64,000 nucleotides of DNA from Alphaproteobacteria bacterium (GTDB taxonomy: Bacteria; Pseudomonadota; Alphaproteobacteria; UBA2966): positions 192,001-256,000 of the forward strand of contig OZ219856.1 in the NCBI GenBank assembly GCA_964291395.2. The letters are read 5' to 3'. The notes beneath the pieces were generated by a model. That model saw nothing but the letters and a program-made list of their open reading frames with translations, did not search any database and was not told the DNA's origin. Below, piece by piece: positions 52,840-60,702 of the stretch (positions within the stretch are counted from its first letter, which is position 1; every line of letters starts with the position of its first letter). A program made the position numbers and the translations under genes.

Positions 52840-52852
52840 AATCAAATGGTTA
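52840..52852 (+). promoter_or_regulatory. IHF consensus site in attL-like region
   Basis: AATCAAATGGTTA matches WATCAANNNNTTR, with an upstream AT tract. Confidence 0.6.
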
Positions 52853-52865
52853 AGTATTGCATATA

Positions 52866-52941
52866 TGGCGTCCCCTAGGGGACTCGAACCCCTGTTTTCG
52901 GCGTGAGAGGCCGATGTCCTAGGCCACTAGACGAAGGGGAC
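52866..52941 (-). tRNA. tRNA-Glu (anticodon CUC)
   Basis: GTCCCCT acceptor, anticodon arm TCGGC-CTCTCAC-GCCGA, GTTCGAGT, encoded CCA. Confidence 0.95.
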
Positions 52942-53083
52942 GCCGTAACGCATAGAGATAACCGGCGATTCGCATTCGATCAAGCCTCCGGACGAACCCG
53001 GGGTGGAGGAGTGACGTCTCCCGGTCCACATCGGCGGCCATCCTGCGCCGCGACTACCGGGACGGATTGTCCGGCAGGCCGTT

Positions 53084-53662
53084 CTACGCAAGCCCGAGGC
53101 CCTGCTCGATGGCCGCACACATCAGATGGCCGACCAGGATATGCATTTCCTGGACGCGCGGGGTCTCGGAGCTGGGAACGACCAGCACGGGGTCCGTCAG
53201 ATCCTTCAACGCACCGCCGTCTCCGCCCGTGAGTCCGGCGGCCGTCATGCCCATGGTCCGCGCCGCCGTCAGCGCGCGAATGACGTTTGGGCTATTGCCG
53301 GACGTGCTGATTCCGATGGCGACGTCACCCGCCTTCCCCAGACCGAGCAGCTGACGCTCGAACACGCGATCATAGCCGTAGTCATTGGCGATTGCGGTCA
53401 ACGCCGCCGTGTCCGAGGTGAGCGCGATGGCCGGCACCGGCTTCCGGTCGGAAGCGAAGCGTCCCACGAGTTCGGCCGCGATGTGTTGCGCATCCGCGGC
53501 GCTTCCACCGTTGCCGAACAGGATGAGTTTGTGTCCGCCGGCAATCGCCTTCACGCATGCCTCGACCAGCCGGGGGAACGGTTCCGCCACCGCGTGCCGC
53601 GTGGCCTCCAGAAGCTTCCCGTGTTCTTCGAAACCGGCAACCAACAGAGCCTCGACGTTCAC
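53084..53662 (-). CDS. gmhA: D-sedoheptulose 7-phosphate isomerase
   Basis: GNGGSAADAQH, AIANDYGY, ISTSGNSPN, VQEMH; GTG start assumed. Confidence 0.93.
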   Translation of the reverse strand: MNVEALLVAGFEEHGKLLEATRHAVAEPFPRLVEACVKAIAGGHKLILFGNGGSAADAQHIAAELVGRFASDRKPVPAIALTSDTAALTAIANDYGYDRVFERQLLGLGKAGDVAIGISTSGNSPNVIRALTAARTMGMTAAGLTGGDGGALKDLTDPVLVVPSSETPRVQEMHILVGHLMCAAIEQGLGLA

Positions 53663-53877
53663 GGGAGTGTTCTGCACGTGCGCGAGCCTATCAAACCATT
53701 GCCCGATTTCCATTGCGTCATACTCCCAACGAGGCTGGAAAGACAAGCGCTCCGGCGGGTATTGCGAACGATCCTGCCCGGTAAGTCCGTCCTTCTGGAC
53801 GACAGTCCTTCAGACGGCCGTGCATGCCGGGAGGTTTGCCCGCGGCTCCCGATGCGCCTATCTTCGGGGCCGGTCGC

Positions 53878-53952
53878 TGGGGCGTAGCCAAGCGGTAAGG
53901 CACCGGTTTTTGGTACCGGCATGCGCAGGTTCGAATCCTGCCGCCCCAGCCA
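53878..53952 (+). tRNA. tRNA-Gln (anticodon UUG)
   Basis: TGGGGCG acceptor, CCGGT-TTTTGGT-ACCGG, GGTTCGAATCC, CCA. Confidence 0.95.
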
Positions 53953-53983
53953 ACTCCTAGTCGACCAGCCAACTCCTAGTCGA
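53946..53983. repeat. 19-bp perfect tandem duplication at tRNA-Gln 3' end
   Basis: CCAGCCAACTCCTAGTCGA x2. Confidence 0.9.
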
Positions 53984-55436
53984 AATGCGGCGTCACGCCC
54001 GGTGGCACGGAGAATCCGAGATCGCCACGGGCGATGACCGCCTCCCGGCCGCCGTTCGCCGCGAGCTGCTCCGCCTGCCGCTTCTTCGCCCGGGCATCCA
54101 CCTCCTCCGGGTCGCAGATGGATCGGAGCTTTGCCTCGCACTCTGCGATCACCGCGTCGTAGGCCGGATCGCCGGCGAGGTCGGTCAGTTCCTCCGGATC
54201 CGCCTCGAGGTCGAAGAGCTGCGGCTCGTACTTCACGTAGTAGACGAACTTGTACTTCCCGTCGCGGATCATGAACGCGCCGGTCGTCGAGCCCATGGCG
54301 TGATACTCCGACAGGATCGTGCGCTCCGGCGTCGCCCCGTCGGCCAGGTCGAACAGCGAGACGCCGGGATGGTCCTCGTCGTACATCTCCCCGCCCGTTT
54401 CGCCGACGCATTCCATGATGAAGGGGTAGACGTCGACGTGCGACGCCGGCGCGTCGCGGACGATGCCTTGAGGAATGCCGTCGCCCATGACGATCAGGGG
54501 CACGGCGGCCGACTCCTCATACATCGTCGACTTGCCCCACAGCCCCCGCGCGCCGAGGTTGTCGCCGTGGTCGGACGTGTACATGACCCGCGTCTCGTCG
54601 GTGAGGCCGCAGGCCTCCAGGGTTCGCATGATCTTGCCGATCTGCTCGTCGACGAAGGTGCAGAGTCCGAAATAGCCGGCTCGGGCCTTGCGCACCAGAT
54701 CCTCGCTCGTGAAGTGATCGTCGTAGCACGACGATTCGGCGTAGTCCCTGACGTAAGGATGCTCCGGTCGCTCGTCCTCCGCGTAGAGCTTCGGCCAGGG
54801 CAGGTCGGGATTTCGGTAGTACTCGTAGAAGTACTCCGACGGGGCGGTGAGCGGAAAATGCGGGCTCGCGATCGAGACGAACAGCACCCACGGCTTGTCC
54901 GTGTGCCGCGGCGCCACTTCCTGGAGCCAGATCTGAGCGCGCGCGGCGGTGTCCCGGTCGTAGCGCGTATAGCTGGACTCTCCGGGCCCCGCCATGCCGG
55001 CGACCTTGTAAGCCCCCTTTCGTTTGGGCAGATCCTCCCGGATCAGGCCCATGGTGTCCCCTTTGCCCTCGATGACGTGCATGGGGATGACCTCTTCGTT
55101 GAAGCCGTTGTCGTCTTCCCCCGACCGGAAATGCAGCTTGCCGATCGAATCGACCCGGTGCCCTTTGCCGCGCAGGCGGTGATGCCAGCTCGGAACGGAG
55201 CCCTCGTAGGGATCGGCGTTGTCCCAGTAGCCGATCTGGTGGATGTACTTGCCCACGGCGAAGGACGCCCGCGCCGGAATGCAGATCGGCGAACAGGTGT
55301 AGGCGTTGGTGAACGTGGTTCCGCGGGACGCCAGCGCGTCCATGTGGGGGGTCCGGACCATGCCGTGCCCGTAGCACCCGGCGAGCGCCTTCTGGTGCTC
55401 GTCCGAAAACAGGATGAGGAGGTTCTTCGGCTCCAT
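53976..55436 (-). CDS. sulfatase (choline-sulfatase-like)
   Basis: SDEH, CIPAR (CxPxR), GKLH, PHFP, TSDHG, GK. Confidence 0.92.
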   Translation of the reverse strand: MEPKNLLILFSDEHQKALAGCYGHGMVRTPHMDALASRGTTFTNAYTCSPICIPARASFAVGKYIHQIGYWDNADPYEGSVPSWHHRLRGKGHRVDSIGKLHFRSGEDDNGFNEEVIPMHVIEGKGDTMGLIREDLPKRKGAYKVAGMAGPGESSYTRYDRDTAARAQIWLQEVAPRHTDKPWVLFVSIASPHFPLTAPSEYFYEYYRNPDLPWPKLYAEDERPEHPYVRDYAESSCYDDHFTSEDLVRKARAGYFGLCTFVDEQIGKIMRTLEACGLTDETRVMYTSDHGDNLGARGLWGKSTMYEESAAVPLIVMGDGIPQGIVRDAPASHVDVYPFIMECVGETGGEMYDEDHPGVSLFDLADGATPERTILSEYHAMGSTTGAFMIRDGKYKFVYYVKYEPQLFDLEADPEELTDLAGDPAYDAVIAECEAKLRSICDPEEVDARAKKRQAEQLAANGGREAVIARGDLGFSVPPGVTPHFD

Positions 55437-55588
55437 CGGATCCTCGCTGTTCAATGCCTTCGCGGCGTGGATATATCACATCTCTTCGGCGCGGGCAGGG
55501 CCGCGGGCGCCGGCTTTTGCGCCGGCCCTGCCCGAACGGCTAGTCTCCGGCCGAGTCCGGCGAAGGAAACACCGAGAGGAGGATCGAG

Positions 55589-56470
55589 ATGGCGAAGAGG
55601 GTCGTGGTCACGGGAGCGAGCGGAAAGGTCGGACGCCCCACGGTGTACGAGTTGCTGGAGCACGGCTACGACGTGCTGGCGGTCGACAGGATTCCGTTCC
55701 CCGACCCGCGAGTCCCGTCGACGATCGTCGATCTGGACGACTTCGGCGCCACCTGGGATCTGATGAACGGCGTGTTGCGCCGGATGGAGAGCGGACCCGA
55801 AGCGGTGGTTCACATGGCGGCGGGACTGCCCGGCAAGCAGACCAACGCCTACACCTTCCACACGAACATCCTCGCCAAATACAACGTCTTCGAGGCATGC
55901 GCCCGGGCGGGCATCGAGCGCGTCGTCTGGGCGTCGAGCGAGACCATCCTCGGGCAGCCGTTCGACCAGGCGCCGCCCCCGTATGCGCCGCTCGACGAGA
56001 TCCCGCCGGCGCGCACCCAGGCGTTCTTCACCGGCTACGCGCTCTCCAAGCTCCTCGGAGAGCTCATGGCCCGCCAGTTCGCGGAGTGGCATCCGGCCAT
56101 GACGTTCGTCGGGCTGAGAATCGCCAACGTGCGCGACGCGGAGGCGGGGGAGTACGAGGAGTTCAAGGAGTGGCACAAGGATCCCCTGGCCCGGAGATGG
56201 AACCTGTGGGGCTACGTCGACAGCCGCGACGTGGCGCAGGCCTGCCGTCTCGGACTCGAGGCCGACGTGACCGGGGCGGACGTCTTCATCGTGGCCGCCG
56301 CGGAGACCGTCATGACAACGCCCAACGGCGAGCTGATGAAGACGGCCTTCCCCGGCGTCGAGCTCAAGGAGGGCACGGGCGAGTTTCAGACGCTGCTGTG
56401 CATCGACAAGGCGCGCCGCGTGCTGGGCTACGAGCCCAGGCACAAGTGGCGCGACCACATCGACGCCTGA
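55589..56470 (+). CDS. NAD-dependent epimerase/dehydratase
   Basis: VTGASGKVG, WASS, YALSK. Confidence 0.9.
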   Translation: MAKRVVVTGASGKVGRPTVYELLEHGYDVLAVDRIPFPDPRVPSTIVDLDDFGATWDLMNGVLRRMESGPEAVVHMAAGLPGKQTNAYTFHTNILAKYNVFEACARAGIERVVWASSETILGQPFDQAPPPYAPLDEIPPARTQAFFTGYALSKLLGELMARQFAEWHPAMTFVGLRIANVRDAEAGEYEEFKEWHKDPLARRWNLWGYVDSRDVAQACRLGLEADVTGADVFIVAAAETVMTTPNGELMKTAFPGVELKEGTGEFQTLLCIDKARRVLGYEPRHKWRDHIDA

Positions 56471-56551
56471 GCGCCGATCCCGCATAGGGGCCGCGGCACG
56501 GTCCGCCGGCCCGCTGCCGCCGGCGACACCGAATGCCGGGGCGGTGCCGGG

Positions 56552-57571
56552 TCAGACCGGAACGGCTTCGGCCTCGACGCCGTCCGCTCCCGGACGTCCC
56601 GCCGCCGCCGTCGGCAGGCGGTTTCGGTCATGCGGGCGCGTGAAGTCGAGCATGGGTCCCTTCGAGACGATGCGGAACGGATTGATGCTCTCGTGGCTCG
56701 CGTAATAGTGCCGCTTGATGTGCTCCATGTTCACCGTGTCGGCAACGCCCGGATATTGATAGAGCTCGCGAAGGTAGTTGCTGAGATTGGCGTACTCCTC
56801 GATCCGCCGCTTGTTGCACTTGAAGTGTCCGACATAAACGGCGTCGAACCTCACCAGGGTGGGGAATGCCCGCCAGTCCGCTTCCGTCATGCGATCGCCC
56901 GCGAGATAGCGCCGCGTTTCCAGCCGGGCTTCCAGCATTTCGAGGGTATCGAACAGGGCGTCGAAGGCTTCCTCGTAGGCCTCCTGGGTTTGGGCGAATC
57001 CCGTCTTGTAGACTCCGTTGTTGAGGTTCTCGTACACCGGTTCGTTGATCGCGTCGATCTCGTCCCGCAGGTCGGGGGGATAGAAGTCGGGCTCGCCGTC
57101 GCCCCATTCGTTGAACTCGGCGTTGAGCATACGGACGATCTCGGGCGACTCGTTGTTGACGATGGTCTGCTCCCGCTTGTCCCAGAGCACCGGCACGGAT
57201 ACCCGTCCGGTGTAATCGTCCAGGGCCTTCTTGTAGATCTCCCGCAAATAGCGGGTGCCGTTGACCGTATCCGGAATGCAGCCGGGACCGTCGCTGAAAT
57301 GCCAGCCCTCGTCGCTCATGAGCGGATCGACGATGGATACCGAGATCACGTCCTCGAGCTTCCGCAACGCCCGGAAGACCATCGTACGATGGGCCCACGG
57401 GCAGGCGTGCGAGACGTACAGGTGATAGCGGCCGGGTTCGGCCCTGAAACCGGATGAGCCGTCCGCGGTGACGAAGTTCCTGAACGTGGTGGTGGCGCGC
57501 TGATAGCGTCCGCTCGTCTTCCCGTTGTCGTGCCAGCCCTTGATCCACTCGCCGTCGACCATCCTGCCCAT
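56552..57571 (-). CDS. glutathionyl-hydroquinone reductase (Xi/omega-like GST, YqjG family)
   Basis: CPWAHR, VPVLWD, VNNES, NNGVYK, HIKRHYY. Confidence 0.93.
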   Translation of the reverse strand: MGRMVDGEWIKGWHDNGKTSGRYQRATTTFRNFVTADGSSGFRAEPGRYHLYVSHACPWAHRTMVFRALRKLEDVISVSIVDPLMSDEGWHFSDGPGCIPDTVNGTRYLREIYKKALDDYTGRVSVPVLWDKREQTIVNNESPEIVRMLNAEFNEWGDGEPDFYPPDLRDEIDAINEPVYENLNNGVYKTGFAQTQEAYEEAFDALFDTLEMLEARLETRRYLAGDRMTEADWRAFPTLVRFDAVYVGHFKCNKRRIEEYANLSNYLRELYQYPGVADTVNMEHIKRHYYASHESINPFRIVSKGPMLDFTRPHDRNRLPTAAAGRPGADGVEAEAVPV

Positions 57572-58036
57572 GATTTCTCCCTACCCCTCGCGGCTTGCAT
57601 CGGCCCAAGGGCGCGTGGCCCGTCGGCAATGCTCGTCGACGCCGGTTCGTATCACCGAATTCGAGTGTTTCAAAACTCGGGGTTGTCCCGGATGACTCGG
57701 TCGGGGATATCATGGGCACGAAGCGCTCGGCGAAGCGCGCGCCGAACGAAGGTTGCGGGACCTCGGATGACGCTGGTTTCGCGGTGCCGGCTATGGTATT
57801 CAGACGCCCCCGGCGAGAGGGTTCCGCGATGTTGAGCCTCCGACATCGAAATACGTGGCGACCGAAAGCGCGCGGCGTGCGGCGAACGCCGCCGATCCGG
57901 CGCTAGCCCATTTTCGTCCCGCGCTGCCGTTCGACCGGTGGCGCACCCCCGAGCCCTCCAACCAGATGCATCCCGGCACCCGTTTCACGTCGCAGACGTA
58001 CCTTTCTCATGGATGGCTTCCGTCGGAGCACCGAAG

Positions 58037-58570
58037 ATGATCGACATCAAGGCCGAACAACCGCACCACGCCGAGGACATCGAGCGCCTTTTGGACACGG
58101 TGTTCGGCGGGGACCGTCGGTCGAAAGCCGTCTACGCTCTTCGCGAGGGTGTCGCTCCCATCGACGAGTTGTGCCACGTTGCCCTGGTCGATGGAGAGCT
58201 CCACGGGGCGATCCGATACTGGCCGGTACGGGCTCTCGACGCCGAGCGCGACCGTCACACCGATCTGCTCCTGCTCGGCCCATTGGCGGTCGATCCCGTT
58301 TTCCAGAACGCGGGCATCGGCCGGGCGCTGGTCGAGTATTCGCTCGTCCTCGCGGGACGCCGTGGGCACCGTGCCACGGTACTGGTTGGCGATCCCGCCT
58401 ACTACAGCCGATTCCGCTTCGAACGGTCGGGCGCGCGTGGCCTTCACCTCCCCGGCGAGGCGGATCAGGAGCGCGTACTGTTGCGCGAGATCGTTGGTGG
58501 GGCCGCCGCGGATTGCGTCGGAACGCTGGTCCGCGCGTCGGCCGGCGTCCCCGAACTCTGTCCCGGCTGA
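58037..58570 (+). CDS. GNAT N-acetyltransferase (YhbS-like)
   Basis: LLLGPLAVDP..Q..GIG, LVGDPAYY.RF.F. Confidence 0.9.
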   Translation: MIDIKAEQPHHAEDIERLLDTVFGGDRRSKAVYALREGVAPIDELCHVALVDGELHGAIRYWPVRALDAERDRHTDLLLLGPLAVDPVFQNAGIGRALVEYSLVLAGRRGHRATVLVGDPAYYSRFRFERSGARGLHLPGEADQERVLLREIVGGAAADCVGTLVRASAGVPELCPG

Positions 58571-58578
58571 ATCCGCGT

Positions 58579-60702
58579 TCAGCGTCCCTCCCGATGCCAC
58601 GCCATCATCAGGGCGCCGAGCGCCAGAAGGAGTACGGCGAGCGCCGGGAAAAGGGACGTTTGCTCAACGCCCGTGACGATGTAGCTCCCGTTGGCGATGA
58701 GCCCCAGCCAATCGCTTCCCGAGGTATCCCGCCCGGGTCGGACGAGGCGCATATTCGGTACGCCATCTTCCGCGATCCAGTAGATGCCCCCGGATGTGGC
58801 TTGAACGACGGGCATCAACGTGTCGGGGGACGTTCTCACATCGGCGTATTCCTGGGCGTTCAGCGCCCCTACCACCGTCACCGCCTCGAGGTCCCCGTCG
58901 CTCACCGTGTAGAGCCCGGTCTCGCTGACCGTGGCGCTGCCAATCGCGCGTCCGCCGCCTTGATCCTCCAGCTTGACCGGTAACCGATCGCCCGACGGCG
59001 TGCTGACGGTGACCTGCTCCGGGGCGGCGCCGAGGCTGCGGCGGGTGATATCGAGCCGACTGCCCCGCGTCGAGAGCCTCAGGTCCTCCTCTTCCAGGTC
59101 GGGCTCTTTCATCAGCCAGTGCGCGAGTCTGCGGAGCAGCTCGGCCTGTGGGCCGCCACCCTCCGCGCCCCGCGCCCAGAGCCAGGCGTGGTCGGAAAGC
59201 AGCAGTGCCACGCGGCCGTCCCCGATCCGATCGAGTTGTAACAGGGGGCGGTTGTTGACGCCCTGCATGACGGTGGTGCCGCTCTCGACGACCGCGTCGA
59301 TCATCCTGAACCACCGTCCCCACTCGGGCGTTTCGGCTGCCGTACCGGCCAGATCCGCCGTCACCGGGTGCCGCTCCCCGAGGGTCGTGAGCATCGGCCT
59401 GAAGCCTTGTTCGATGACCTCTCCCGTGGGACGGCCGGGCATCACCGCCTTGAGCGGCGTCTGGTAGACGGAGAGCGGCGTGGCGAAGGCCGGGCCTACG
59501 GCGCCGAGCAGCGCGCCACCTTCCGTGATGTATCGGACAATGTTGATGAAGTAGCTCTGAGGCAGGACCCCACGCCGCCGGTAGCGGTCGAAGATGATGA
59601 GATCGAAGTCCGTCAGCTTGGTTTCGAAGAGTTCCCGGATCGGGAAGGCGATGAGGGAAAGCTCGCGGACCGGCGTGCCGTCCTGCTTTTCGGGCGGGCG
59701 CAGGATCGTAAAGTGTACGAGATCGACCGACGGATCCGCCTTCAGGAGGTTTCGCCAAGTGCGCTCGCCCGCATGAGGTTCACCTGAGACGAGCAAAACG
59801 CGGAGACGCTCGCGCACGCCGTTCACGGTGAGCGCGGCGCGATTGTTCCGTTGCGTCAGTTCGCCGCCGGCGTCTGCGACCTCGATCTCGATGATCGTCT
59901 GGCCGCCGTGGTCCAGCTTGAAGGGCACGCGCTGGTCCTTGCCCACCTCCAGCGTGTGAATCTCCTCGCGTCCGCCATCACGCCGCAAGGTGACTTGCGC
60001 CGTTCCTGGCCGCTCGCTGCCGCCGGCGTCTTCCACGCGCAGCGTGAGCTGGAGCTCCGAGTTCACCATGCCGTAGCTCGGGGCCTCGGCGACGACGAGT
60101 CGGCGGTCCGACTCGCCCCGCTCTCCGGTGAGCAGGACATGAAGGGGCTTCAGGTTCCCGACCCGGGGTGCGCGCGTCGGATCGCGGGGAGTGTCGTGCA
60201 CTTGCCCGTCCGTGATGAAAACGGCACCGGCGATGCGGTCCAGCGGAATGTCCGCCAGCGCCAGATCGAGGGCGCTGAACAATCTCGTCCCTTCCGGTGC
60301 CGCGCCGATAGCGTCGGCCTGGTCTGACGATCCGACGCCGGTCGTGCCCGCATCGATCATCCGGACTTCCACGTTCGACAACCGCTGAAGCCGTTCCCGC
60401 ACCACGCGGAGGGTCTGGTCCGTCTGTTCCCGTCTGGTGCCAATGCGCTGGCTAGGGGAGCGGTCGACGACCACGGCGACCACGTCGGTCAGTAGATCAC
60501 GGTTTTCGGTGTTGAGAGTCGGGTTGGCCAGCGCTCCGATGGCAATCGCCAGTGCCGCTCCGCGCCAGCCCGCCCCCGTGGCGCGCTTCCTGAAGGCGAT
60601 GGCCGTCAGCAGGGCGGCGAAAGCCGAAAACGCGCCGATGACCGCCCACGGCAAAAGGGGCGCGAAGGACACCGATGTCATGGCGGCCGCGCTGCTCGTC
60701 AC
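58579..60702 (-). CDS. membrane protein with vWA-like and class I GATase-like domains
   Basis: VVDRSPS, ITDG, LRVLLVSG..ERTWRNLLKADP; GTGA overlap start (alternative ATG 60681). Confidence 0.82.
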   Translation of the reverse strand: MTSSAAAMTSVSFAPLLPWAVIGAFSAFAALLTAIAFRKRATGAGWRGAALAIAIGALANPTLNTENRDLLTDVVAVVVDRSPSQRIGTRREQTDQTLRVVRERLQRLSNVEVRMIDAGTTGVGSSDQADAIGAAPEGTRLFSALDLALADIPLDRIAGAVFITDGQVHDTPRDPTRAPRVGNLKPLHVLLTGERGESDRRLVVAEAPSYGMVNSELQLTLRVEDAGGSERPGTAQVTLRRDGGREEIHTLEVGKDQRVPFKLDHGGQTIIEIEVADAGGELTQRNNRAALTVNGVRERLRVLLVSGEPHAGERTWRNLLKADPSVDLVHFTILRPPEKQDGTPVRELSLIAFPIRELFETKLTDFDLIIFDRYRRRGVLPQSYFINIVRYITEGGALLGAVGPAFATPLSVYQTPLKAVMPGRPTGEVIEQGFRPMLTTLGERHPVTADLAGTAAETPEWGRWFRMIDAVVESGTTVMQGVNNRPLLQLDRIGDGRVALLLSDHAWLWARGAEGGGPQAELLRRLAHWLMKEPDLEEEDLRLSTRGSRLDITRRSLGAAPEQVTVSTPSGDRLPVKLEDQGGGRAIGSATVSETGLYTVSDGDLEAVTVVGALNAQEYADVRTSPDTLMPVVQATSGGIYWIAEDGVPNMRLVRPGRDTSGSDWLGLIANGSYIVTGVEQTSLFPALAVLLLALGALMMAWHREGR

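Larger units (their letters stand above)
51204..52875 (-). mobile_element. decayed integrative element(s) at tRNA-Glu 3' end
   Basis: tRNA 3' end GGGGACGCCA (52866-52875) repeated at 52160-52169 and 51204-51213; IHF site and arm-like repeats beside the tRNA; no intact genes recognised. Confidence 0.6.

Noticed and set aside
51300-52865. ORFs of 60-180 aa in the tRNA-Glu island; possible integrase or CRISPR array
   Set aside because: No recognisable domains, no tyrosine recombinase motif and no regularly spaced repeats
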